Source of the DNA: Fibrobacteria bacterium
GTDB taxonomy: Bacteria; Fibrobacterota; Fibrobacteria; UBA11236
Direction of reading: 5' to 3'
NCBI GenBank assembly: GCA_043732185.1
Contig: JAYTHY010000046.1
Span: forward strand, 64,001 to 128,000
DNA length: 64,000 nucleotides
Shown here: one piece after another, positions 51,809-61,071 of the stretch
How positions within the stretch are numbered: position 1 is the stretch's first letter
How the letters are laid out: every line of letters starts with the position of its first letter
Notes under the pieces: generated by a model
Seen by the model: the letters and a program-made list of their open reading frames with translations, nothing else
What the model was told of the DNA's origin: nothing
The model's database searches: none
Position numbers and translations under genes: made by a program

Positions 51809-53517
51809 TTGGTTTGAGCCTCCAACACAGCTTGATTCCAATCGATGATGGTATAGGAATACCCTTGTTCAGTCAAGAACAGCTGCCGGTTCATTCCAAA
51901 CTCCTGTTCCTTGGTATCCTTGGTAATGATCGTATAGAAATGAGCCAAGGATCCATTCGCCTTAGGCCTAAGCACACGCCCCAAACGCTGCGCTTCCTCT
52001 TGCCTACTGCCAAAAGTTCCTGAAATTTGGATCAAAACATTGGCATCAGGAATGTCCACGGCGAAATTTCCCACTTTGGAAACCATCAGGGTTTCAATAA
52101 TCCCTTCACGGAACTCTCTATATAGTACTTCTCGTTCGGTGTTAGGAGTGGCGCCGGTTATAAGGGGCACCTTTAGCGCAGCTGATAGAGCATCCAATTG
52201 TTCCAAGTATTGACCGATGATTAGAATACGGTCTTTTTTATGCTTGGCCACCAACTCTTTCACAACCCTAAACTTTTCCAAATTGCAGGCAGCGAGGGAC
52301 ATTTTTTTACGCAGATCAGCCATGGCATAGGCCATTTTGTCTTCGCCACGCAAGCCTACGCGCACTTCCGTGCAAGTAGCCGTCGCAATCCAACCTTGCG
52401 CTTCCAACACCTTCCACGGCACTTCAAATTTTTTCGGTCCAATCAGCGAGAACACATCCTTTTGTCGGCCATCTTCACGGATTAAAGTCGCCGTCAACCC
52501 TAAGCGTCGGGTAGCCTGCATGTCCGCAGAAATGCGGAATACCGGAGCGGGCAATAGATGGACTTCGTCATAAATAATGAGTCCCCAGTTGTTCTTTTGG
52601 AAAATATCGAAATGGGGGAAATCCTCACTCTGACGTTTGCGATAGGTGATGATCTGATAGGTGGCCACGGTCACTGGTGCGATATGCTTGTTGTCGCCCG
52701 TATACTCCGCCACTTGGTCAGCCCTTAATGTCGTCTTGTCCAGTATTTCCCGGATCCACTGACGCGCGGCAGTCACATTGGTCGTTAAAATCAAGGTGTG
52801 ACAATGACACTTTACCATGCTCGCCAAACCGACTAAGGTCTTACCCGCACCGCAAGGCAATACAATGACACCCGATCCGCCTTTTTCACTTCCACCGGCA
52901 TGAAAAACCTGGGCAGCATCCACCTGATAATCCCGCAAACGAAGCTGTGGGCCCGTCAACATGGTATCGCGTAGACTCACCTCCAGCGGCGCCCCTTCCA
53001 CATAACCGGCCAAATCCTCAGCGGGGAAACCAATGTTGGTCAGCGCCATTTTGATCATGCCCCGAGTATGCGGAAATAGGCTCGCCCTGTGGCTATCCAA
53101 TGGCGTGTCGATAAAGGCTGCCGTTTGGCGATGGTGAAGAATTTCAGTCATCAAGGCCGCATCTAAGGTTTCAATGATGAGTCGACCGTCCTCGCGAACG
53201 ATACGCACTTGGCCATACCGCTCCATGAAGGTTTCCACTTCATGAACCAAATTGTGGGGCAATTCAAAACGCGAATAGATACGCAAGGTATCCAATACGG
53301 CCTTGGCACTATGGCCGGAAGACGCAGCATTCCAAAGGGATAGATGAGAAATGCCATAGGTATGCATGTGCTCCGGACTCTTGAGGAGTTCGGTAAACGG
53401 TGCAATTTTATCCCTGGCTTCCGCATACGTGGGATGCGCAACCTCCAGGAGTATGGTCATGTCGCCTTGTACAATCAATGGGCCATTAGGCGAAGCCCCG
53501 GTTTGGGTAGCGATCAA
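51805..53517 (-). CDS. Bacterial XPB/Ssl2-like SF2 DNA helicase
   Basis: PLIVQGD N-domain, LPCGAGKT, DEVH, GLTAT, QRLGRVLR. Confidence 0.92.
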   Translation of the reverse strand: MIATQTGASPNGPLIVQGDMTILLEVAHPTYAEARDKIAPFTELLKSPEHMHTYGISHLSLWNAASSGHSAKAVLDTLRIYSRFELPHNLVHEVETFMERYGQVRIVREDGRLIIETLDAALMTEILHHRQTAAFIDTPLDSHRASLFPHTRGMIKMALTNIGFPAEDLAGYVEGAPLEVSLRDTMLTGPQLRLRDYQVDAAQVFHAGGSEKGGSGVIVLPCGAGKTLVGLASMVKCHCHTLILTTNVTAARQWIREILDKTTLRADQVAEYTGDNKHIAPVTVATYQIITYRKRQSEDFPHFDIFQKNNWGLIIYDEVHLLPAPVFRISADMQATRRLGLTATLIREDGRQKDVFSLIGPKKFEVPWKVLEAQGWIATATCTEVRVGLRGEDKMAYAMADLRKKMSLAACNLEKFRVVKELVAKHKKDRILIIGQYLEQLDALSAALKVPLITGATPNTEREVLYREFREGIIETLMVSKVGNFAVDIPDANVLIQISGTFGSRQEEAQRLGRVLRPKANGSLAHFYTIITKDTKEQEFGMNRQLFLTEQGYSYTIIDWNQAVLEAQTK

Positions 53518-53642
53518 TAGGCCCTCTTTGAAAGCCGCTAAATTACAAAAAAATGGCTGAAATGCTAAGGGATCGGGGCTTTTCGGCGGTTTTTCAGGGT
53601 TTTAGGATGTGGGAACAGGGGAAATGGACCCCTTGGGTCTGA

Positions 53643-55736
53643 TTAAAATGGCCGTACGTTTTTATTGATTTTGATGTTATCAAAAATTGTAGAATGCGAC
53701 ACCCAGCGCACGGTAGCGACCTCTTTAAATTGGGGTCCAAAATATAGCGTCTTTGGAATATAATCTCGATTCAGTTCAAAGGACTGTGAAACAGTGGACG
53801 AGTCTCTTTTTACCCCCACGAAAGTGAGAGAACTCTCATTCAGACGATTGAATTGGCCCACATCGATGGAAATAAGTCCGAAAAGATTGTCGTCAACGTT
53901 TAGCACTTGATTCATAATTTCATCCCTTTTAGTTAAATAATTTATGCCATCAGCTTGCCCATTGATTAGGCCCGTTGACCCATTGGAAGGGAACCCTTTA
54001 AGGCCAACAGTTCGAAATGGAGCGGCATTAAGAAAGCCTCCAGATAATAGCATGAATCCTTTTTCGTCATAATAGAAACCGTGGGAGAAAAGCTTATTGT
54101 CGGCGTGTGAAAGGGACTCGAAATCCAAATTCACGGTATCAGCGGAATCTTTTAGTCCAATGAAATTTGCCCTAAGCGCCTCTCTTTCCTTTCGAATAAT
54201 AGTGGGCATGGAAACGGAATAGCGACTGGTATCCGTGGGCTGATACATTGCATTCCTAATTTTACCCATTTCCTTTTCGTCTTTATCAATACCCAGGTGA
54301 ATGGACCAAATTGGCAGCATCCGTTCATAAGTAACCATATGGATAATTAGAGCTTCTTTATCAATGGATTGCCAACTAATTTGAGCTTGTTCCAAACCAA
54401 AATCCTGATTATTTACCCACTTGCCGGTTAATCGATCTACCAAAAGTAGGTAGGGGCGTATTTCTTTTCCATCAGGTCCAAGATTATATCCCGTACTAAA
54501 TGGTGTTTTGCGCTGCAAACGCATTTTAGGAAAGGGGTTGATACCAAATTGTATTGACGTTGGTTTATTTGGATTTAATCTACCCAGATCGAAATTACCA
54601 AGGACAATCATGTACCGACATCCCACACCCGAAATCCTAATTTCTACAAATCGTTCTGGACCGGACGCCTCGACAACGTTCATTTCAACTTGGTCCAACT
54701 GTTTCATCCAACCGTAGTCGAATGTCACAGCATCTTCAGGTCGATAAAAGCCCTTATCGGTAAATTTAGCCAAGCGAACAGGAATTTCTAATACATCAGC
54801 ATAAGTATGATATTGGTCTCGATTTAACACCAAGCCAAACCAGTCTTTGTACATCTCTTCTTCATCTAATTCGAAAAGCTCCCGTTTGGCTCGGTGGCTA
54901 AGTTCCAAAATAGATGCTTTTATTGGTCGTTTTACTTTGGTGAGACTTGAAAAAGGAATGACCTCTGCTGCGGCTAATTTCGAAAGTTCAGAGTATTTGA
55001 TATAGGGATCAAATCCTAAAGTTGGGTTTTTTATTTTTACGAGCAATCGATACAATTCGGGGCTTAATGAAAACCAACTGTGTACAAGTATTCGAAAGCG
55101 TTGCGACTGTTGCGGTGAAGCCTGCGTGGAATCAAACTTAGCATAGTATTTACTGTTTATTACGAGCTCCCACTTACCCGCGTCTAAACAATTGTTAAAA
55201 ACACCAGCCTGATAGGTTCGATTAACAGATTCAATGACATTCTTTCCGCTATTTTTGGCAAGTTTCCAGGCGAACGCGCCTTCCTTTTTGTAATAAAGAA
55301 TTCCAAACCTTTCGAATTCTTTGAGCAGAAATTCTGCGTATTTAATTCCGCTGTTTTGAGTAATGACTGGTACCAAATCAAGGAGGTCGACTGAATGAAG
55401 AATAAAGGTATTGCCAGCATCCGTCTTAAATTCCAATTCAACCAAAGCCTTGGTTGTTTCCTGGACTGGTGAAAGGAAAATGGATAGCTTGGTAAACTTA
55501 AGTCCTGCCATGGAATCTTGATATACAAGGTCTTTTTCAGCTGGGTCCTTGGCATAACTTAATACCGGAGTGTCGACAGTCAGATCAATTCGGTTCCCTG
55601 GTAGTGATTTAAAAAGACGGGTAAACTCCTCAATACCATTTTCACTCTGTGCCTTTTGAGATTTAACCCCGGTTCCTGGGCCTGAGCAGCCCAGCAAAAC
55701 CAGACAAAACAGCCAAATCCGATAATCGAAAAACAT
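53643..55736 (-). CDS. Large hypothetical lipoprotein with a C-terminal beta-sandwich domain
   Basis: ATG 55736, lipobox LLGC; AT-rich; C-terminal LDFE...FGLISID...FDNI strand pattern. Confidence 0.7.
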   Translation of the reverse strand: MFFDYRIWLFCLVLLGCSGPGTGVKSQKAQSENGIEEFTRLFKSLPGNRIDLTVDTPVLSYAKDPAEKDLVYQDSMAGLKFTKLSIFLSPVQETTKALVELEFKTDAGNTFILHSVDLLDLVPVITQNSGIKYAEFLLKEFERFGILYYKKEGAFAWKLAKNSGKNVIESVNRTYQAGVFNNCLDAGKWELVINSKYYAKFDSTQASPQQSQRFRILVHSWFSLSPELYRLLVKIKNPTLGFDPYIKYSELSKLAAAEVIPFSSLTKVKRPIKASILELSHRAKRELFELDEEEMYKDWFGLVLNRDQYHTYADVLEIPVRLAKFTDKGFYRPEDAVTFDYGWMKQLDQVEMNVVEASGPERFVEIRISGVGCRYMIVLGNFDLGRLNPNKPTSIQFGINPFPKMRLQRKTPFSTGYNLGPDGKEIRPYLLLVDRLTGKWVNNQDFGLEQAQISWQSIDKEALIIHMVTYERMLPIWSIHLGIDKDEKEMGKIRNAMYQPTDTSRYSVSMPTIIRKEREALRANFIGLKDSADTVNLDFESLSHADNKLFSHGFYYDEKGFMLLSGGFLNAAPFRTVGLKGFPSNGSTGLINGQADGINYLTKRDEIMNQVLNVDDNLFGLISIDVGQFNRLNESSLTFVGVKRDSSTVSQSFELNRDYIPKTLYFGPQFKEVATVRWVSHSTIFDNIKINKNVRPF

Positions 55737-55795
55737 ACAACTTAAGCGCTTTAATTGGTCAATTCCTATGGAACCAACCAACTGTAGGTGGCTGG

Positions 55796-56755
55796 TCACG
55801 GAAAAAAATGTAAAATGATGCTATCAGAAACGGTTACATGGCCGCGAACATCCGTGGCCCGGATCTTTAAAATCGCCGAGTCCTGCGGTGGCGCTTCGAA
55901 GGATAGATTGTATAAAGTCTGGACATTCAAATAACGACTGGAAAATTGGGTGGCCTCAGTTTTCACAACGCCATCCAAAAGCACCTCGATTAACTTTATC
56001 TCTATATCATCCGAGGCTTGAACAGTTACATTGACAGGAGCGGTAATGGCTATTCTCGTACCCGTAGCCGGACTCAGGATGCTAACCGCAGGAGCCTGAT
56101 CAGGTAAGGCATTGAACTTGTAGTCATAGCCTCCACTCGCATTTACTTCGAAGGAAAGATTGGAGAGCGCTAAATCAAAAGGATGGAATGGGCTATCGGA
56201 AAAGTTTTCGTAAACTCCGCTTCCGGTAGAAAGAGTAAAGGTAGAATCCAGGCTCAGATCCTTCGGGCCTTCCATGACGCCGGTTCCAGGGGAAAGGCCA
56301 GTCATGGTGTTATAGTTGTATCCATCGAGATGTAATTCACGGTATATAAACTCAATGCCGCCATCAGGATAAAGAACTACTCGGTAGGTCAATTTTATCC
56401 CTGTTGAGGAGCTTTTTGCGTTCAACATGGAGTTGACCCCATACGGAACGTTTCCATCACTGCCGAAGGTTAAATTGCCGCTATAGGTTAAGAACTCACC
56501 CCGTCGAATAAGGATGACTCCAAGCATCGTCGCTCCATCGACAATGGCAGTCATTGAATCCGAATGCTCCAAATTTCTGTGGCCATTGATTAACTTCTGC
56601 GCTGTAACGATAATCTTTCCTTCATCAGAAACAATTACGGAAACAGAAAAATTGCCTGCGACATCACTTACTCCACTTCGATTCCTAATATTTACTATGG
56701 CGCCAGAAACCCCGGTCTCGGCTTTATCCACAATTTTTCCTTGTACCAGGATCAT
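55796..56755 (-). CDS. Carboxypeptidase-regulatory/nidogen-like/Ig module, paralogous to the end of the upstream gene; probably its frameshifted continuation
   Basis: Shared LYPDGGIEF, FDL, D.AP.V.I.SP and TDVRG; no signal peptide or SD. Confidence 0.65.
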   Translation of the reverse strand: MILVQGKIVDKAETGVSGAIVNIRNRSGVSDVAGNFSVSVIVSDEGKIIVTAQKLINGHRNLEHSDSMTAIVDGATMLGVILIRRGEFLTYSGNLTFGSDGNVPYGVNSMLNAKSSSTGIKLTYRVVLYPDGGIEFIYRELHLDGYNYNTMTGLSPGTGVMEGPKDLSLDSTFTLSTGSGVYENFSDSPFHPFDLALSNLSFEVNASGGYDYKFNALPDQAPAVSILSPATGTRIAITAPVNVTVQASDDIEIKLIEVLLDGVVKTEATQFSSRYLNVQTLYNLSFEAPPQDSAILKIRATDVRGHVTVSDSIILHFFP

Positions 56756-59700
56756 GGAGGCGGGAGCAAAAGAATTGTAACCGGAGTCGATAACGATATA
56801 TTTCCGCGAACGTCGGTTGACTTCGCTTGAACTACAACTGAATCAAGTATGGGACCTATGAAAGAAAACGAGTAAGGCGGATTAGTTAGCGTTTCCGAAA
56901 TAATGCCATCGATTAGAAGTGCGACCGACTGAACGGCAATATCATCATTGGAATTGACCTGCACATTGACAGGTTTGCCCTGAACAAATTCAGTCCGGGA
57001 TAATGGAGAAACAATAGTCACCGTTGGCGCCGCATCCCGCAAATACCCATAAGTAACATCATAATTCCCAGTACCATTTACATTAAAAGTTAGGTAGGCT
57101 AATCCGAGGTCAAAACCTTTGGGTGGCCAGGATGCGTCAAAAACCTCATAAGGTCCATTCTGGTCTGTCGAAGTAAAGGGTGCCTCTGCGGTATAATCGC
57201 GCGCACCTGCATAGCTGCCGTTGCCAGAAGTCAACCCAACCATTGGGCCAGACCAAGGCTGGATTTGCGGGTAGCTGAATTCAATGCCTCCATCAGGATA
57301 TAAGGTAGCCTGAAAAGTCCGTGGCGTTGAACCAGGTCTGGGCCAGTTACTCTGCATTTTATACCAAGTAAATTGAACTCTATCCGAATATTGTTTTACA
57401 TAAACGGTACTATCAAAATTAGGCTGCAATTCATCCCAAAAAGGGGCGATGATTGGGATAGACAAGTCGCTCCAGCGACTTAACTGTTCAAAGTTTGGAG
57501 AATTAAAGGATAGGTTACCGTGATAATTCACGAAGATTCTGTTATAGGTAATGCCGTAGAATGGGAAGGTGAATCCGTTAGCGAAAATAATTTCTTCAAA
57601 TGGATTTGCGGTTAAGGCTAATGGCATTCCTATATCGGTTGAATACCCCCCAATTTGCAGCAAAATATTTCCAACATTTGTTGTTCCACTGGCAATGGCA
57701 ATAATGGAATCTGAAGTGCCTTTTTGGTACCGGGTACCCATTTTTATTTGCGCCGAGGCCACCAGCTTTTTCTGATAGATTGTAACCGAAGGAATAGAAA
57801 AATAACCATTGGCATCACTGGTATCACTAGACCTGTCTACATAAACAATTGCCCCCTCAACTGGGTCATGTGTACTCGATAGAATTCTGCCCATCACCAA
57901 GGTAGTTGGACGAGGATTAACATGAACAATCACTAAGTTGGATGTGGTCTGGTTACCAGCCAAATCAAATGCCACTGCCTTAATTGAAATTGTTCCAATA
58001 CCATCTTTGACCCTATAGGTATGTTGAAAGGGAGTATTACGAACGCTAGTTACTAAGGCGTCATTTACATAGAAGTCAACCTTGGCAACATAAATATCAT
58101 CATAAGCAGATGCGGTAATCACAAAGGAATCGCCTTCCAAAACAGCAGTGTCAGTTCTTGGAGCATAGATCTGAATAACAGGGTGCACGTTTCCCTGATC
58201 ATTTTGGAGGAGATATTGTCCTATCTGTAGTCCACCCGGTGCGGAAACGCCATTCCTTACCAAGGTTCCCACGTTCGTCATATAGGCATACCCATTGTGC
58301 AGATGAACATTGGAAGTTTGAACCTGGCCCCTCTTAAATAAAAAGGTGGAAATGATTGGTGCAGTGCGATCAAAAACGTTAAAAATTGGATTTCGAAAAG
58401 TAGAATTAGCATCCGTGGACAAGGCAAAAGATCCTTCTACGCCAATATGCCTTGCCTGATATAAAGTAGAACTTGCTCCAAGAATGATTGGAGTAGCGGG
58501 ATTGCTAATATCAATCAGGACTATGCCCCCACCACTTCCAGGAAGCAATCCATCCGCAATATATGCGGTATTCCCAATGACCTCGACATCTGAGCTATTT
58601 GAGGTTAAACCGCCCGTATAAACTTGGCCCATTACTACCGGGTTAGTGGGATCAGCAACATTTATGGTCTGAACCGGACCACGGCCGCTGGTAATAACTG
58701 CGATAGAGCCAGAAACGGCCACGCCTGTCAGACTCCCGGCAGGATAATTGATCCGACCTAATTGAACCGGATTTGCAGAGTCTACGACCGAATAAATAGA
58801 CAAACCTAAACTGTCAACAACATAAGCCTTAGTACCTGAAACAAAAAGATCAAAGTTTATTGCTGGCGTAGTCGCACTTCCAAGGATTTCCGGTAGTGAT
58901 GGATTTGAAATATCTACAATAAGCAATTGGTTTCCATCAGCGACATAGGCTCTATTATTCACCACCTTGACATCATTGGCATTTCCCGGTGTATTTATGG
59001 TTCCTACGAGTATTGGAAGGGACGGAATCGAAATATCGACTATATGTAAACCCGCTACCCCAGAAGCCACATAGGCAAAATTCCCATTCACCACCACGCT
59101 ATTCGCATATCCAGTGAGGGGTAAATAGGAAAGTAATCGAGGAGAGAAGGAGATAACATCGGCTTGAATTTGCACGGTGTGTCCACTATTGGATATGGTA
59201 ATCGTATCAAGGCCTGGCCTCACTGCAAAAGCCTGCCCAGAAACTATTCCAAAATTAATGACATTCAAATTACTCGATATATAGGTCGTGCCTTTAAGGG
59301 TACTGGTCAAATTCAAACTTGTGCCATCACTCAATATTCCGGTAACTGTTAACTGACGCGTTACATCAGCGGGTTGAATGGTATTGGTAACTAGGGTAAA
59401 GTTTCGAGGATTTACCTGCAAAGAAGTCAAGGCTAATGCAAGGTTGAAGCTTAATGGGTCGGTGGGATTACTGCTCGTCAGAATTTCCAGACCATCACGA
59501 ATGCCATCCCCATCGGTATCAGGGGACAAAGGATTAGTTATAAATCCATCCGCTCCCGCAATCAATTCTTCACTGTCCGAGATTCCATCTCCATCGGTAT
59601 CGGCATTTCGGATGGCGGTTCCGGCCTGAAACTCCTGTAAATTAGTCAAGCCATCTCCATCTAGATCTAATGCGCCATCGAGGGGATCGTTTGGATTTAA

Positions 59701-60312
59701 ACCTTGCGCGATTTCATAATCATTGGGCATGCCATCCCCATCTGCATCCGTTCCAGTGGATACGGTGATGAAAATGGTTTTGAGAATGGATTCGTATGAG
59801 GCTGTAATCAGGACTCTTCCGCTTGAAACAGCTGTAACAAGGCCATTCGAGTCGATGGTGGCTACAGAGCGGTTGGTGCTTAGGTAGGTTATGCCAGAAT
59901 CGGATCGAGTTACGTTTTTGGTAGAGCCATTGGGCATGGTAGCGATAACGGAAAGTTGGGTGGTGGCGCCGATGGCACTGAGGACGGGGTTTGCGGTTGA
60001 GAGAGTGATATTGGTGGGGACGCGAATTTCAGGCTTGAATTTTATGGAGTCGCTGCCATTGCCTACATTCGCAAGTACTGAAATTATGGAAGATTCACCA
60101 TAGCGTGTCCCAGTGGAGTCTTTGCAGGTGGCCCTAACTCGTGCGCGGCTAACGCCTGCAGGCACATTGAATATTTGATACGAGCCATCGCTCTGTACCT
60201 TGGCAGTTCGATTCAAGATGGAAACCACGCAATTGGTATCCAGTTGCTGGGCATTGAGGAGTGCCGCCGTATACCTAAGCGCGATGATTAAGATTAATAT
60301 CAATTTATTCAC
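56752..60312 (-). CDS. Giant secreted protein: Big_2, Ca-binding DxDGDG repeats, LVIVD propeller, Ig, carboxypeptidase-regulatory and nidogen-like domains
   Basis: Signal peptide; VATIDSNGLVTAVSSG; four DxDGDG units (~59460-59755); LHIVDIS/LLIVDIS/IVLIDIS repeats (~58270-59110); FTFPFYG..IIAPFW. Confidence 0.85.
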   Translation of the reverse strand: MNKLILILIIALRYTAALLNAQQLDTNCVVSILNRTAKVQSDGSYQIFNVPAGVSRARVRATCKDSTGTRYGESSIISVLANVGNGSDSIKFKPEIRVPTNITLSTANPVLSAIGATTQLSVIATMPNGSTKNVTRSDSGITYLSTNRSVATIDSNGLVTAVSSGRVLITASYESILKTIFITVSTGTDADGDGMPNDYEIAQGLNPNDPLDGALDLDGDGLTNLQEFQAGTAIRNADTDGDGISDSEELIAGADGFITNPLSPDTDGDGIRDGLEILTSSNPTDPLSFNLALALTSLQVNPRNFTLVTNTIQPADVTRQLTVTGILSDGTSLNLTSTLKGTTYISSNLNVINFGIVSGQAFAVRPGLDTITISNSGHTVQIQADVISFSPRLLSYLPLTGYANSVVVNGNFAYVASGVAGLHIVDISIPSLPILVGTINTPGNANDVKVVNNRAYVADGNQLLIVDISNPSLPEILGSATTPAINFDLFVSGTKAYVVDSLGLSIYSVVDSANPVQLGRINYPAGSLTGVAVSGSIAVITSGRGPVQTINVADPTNPVVMGQVYTGGLTSNSSDVEVIGNTAYIADGLLPGSGGGIVLIDISNPATPIILGASSTLYQARHIGVEGSFALSTDANSTFRNPIFNVFDRTAPIISTFLFKRGQVQTSNVHLHNGYAYMTNVGTLVRNGVSAPGGLQIGQYLLQNDQGNVHPVIQIYAPRTDTAVLEGDSFVITASAYDDIYVAKVDFYVNDALVTSVRNTPFQHTYRVKDGIGTISIKAVAFDLAGNQTTSNLVIVHVNPRPTTLVMGRILSSTHDPVEGAIVYVDRSSDTSDANGYFSIPSVTIYQKKLVASAQIKMGTRYQKGTSDSIIAIASGTTNVGNILLQIGGYSTDIGMPLALTANPFEEIIFANGFTFPFYGITYNRIFVNYHGNLSFNSPNFEQLSRWSDLSIPIIAPFWDELQPNFDSTVYVKQYSDRVQFTWYKMQSNWPRPGSTPRTFQATLYPDGGIEFSYPQIQPWSGPMVGLTSGNGSYAGARDYTAEAPFTSTDQNGPYEVFDASWPPKGFDLGLAYLTFNVNGTGNYDVTYGYLRDAAPTVTIVSPLSRTEFVQGKPVNVQVNSNDDIAVQSVALLIDGIISETLTNPPYSFSFIGPILDSVVVQAKSTDVRGNISLSTPVTILLLPPP

Positions 60313-60322
60313 TTATACTTCC

Positions 60323-60376
60323 CTAATCGTCCAAATTTTGGAATTCAAAAAATGGGATCCCAAATAATTTCAACAT
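60323..60376 (-). pseudogene. Relic third copy of the 207-aa gene (MLKLFGIPFFEFQNLDD*)
   Basis: SD AAAGGAAACAAGCAG-ATG and the first 10 codons match the start of 61072..61695 (MLKLFGVPFF). Confidence 0.7.
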
Positions 60377-60411
60377 CTGCTTGTTTCCTTTGAAAAGGTG
60401 TCACAGTCTAT

Positions 60412-61035
60412 TTATTTCTTGTAAATTACTGAGGAGTCAGCATGTCGCAACATACCCTGCAGGTTTTGCATAAACCCGATGTTAAAATCACCGCCCTTCT
60501 TTTTATAAACCCCATGTGATTTCACAAAATACAGCGTCCTGAAATAGGATGGATCACCTTTAATATTTTTATAAAAAACAATAATCAAATAAGGTGTCTC
60601 AAAAACGGCCTTAATCTCAATGCTTTTCGCATCCTTCCAATAACCGAAAAAATTTTGTCTGTTTTTTCCAACCTTTAGCATGGAATCTATCCAAGGCCGG
60701 CTTGATTCATCGTGTAGCTCTAACATTTTCTCTTTTTCACCTGAAATTGCAAAAAATAAAAAATTGGAAACGGCTTCAAATGGTGTCTTTGGCGCGGCGA
60801 TCGGACTAGGCGAAATTTTTACAATATCTGAATCTGGAAATACCTGACCTAAAAAATGAACCTCTCGAATTTCCCTGGTAAAGAGACTTTCCTGTGCTGG
60901 TATTTGGTATTTCATGTACTCTTTTTTTGATTTATCAAATTTAACGATTAGGGAGTCAGGAGAATAATTTTGAAATTTAGCCGCCATAATAATCGCCGGC
61001 ATGAAAAAAAATAGATGTCCAAATAATTTCACCAT
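60412..61035 (-). CDS. Exported 207-aa protein, candidate immunity protein (copy 2)
   Basis: Signal-peptide-like N-terminus; about 70% identical to 61072..61695 (62 differences by manual count); TPFEAV..F....SGEKE NTF2-like pattern. Confidence 0.7.
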   Translation of the reverse strand: MVKLFGHLFFFMPAIIMAAKFQNYSPDSLIVKFDKSKKEYMKYQIPAQESLFTREIREVHFLGQVFPDSDIVKISPSPIAAPKTPFEAVSNFLFFAISGEKEKMLELHDESSRPWIDSMLKVGKNRQNFFGYWKDAKSIEIKAVFETPYLIIVFYKNIKGDPSYFRTLYFVKSHGVYKKKGGDFNIGFMQNLQGMLRHADSSVIYKK

Positions 61036-61071
61036 TTTCTTATTTCCTTTAAAAAAGTTGGGATAGTCAAT

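Noticed and set aside
51805..53517. XPB helicase as an anti-phage or restriction system
   Set aside because: No methylase, nuclease or other defence gene nearby; housekeeping context
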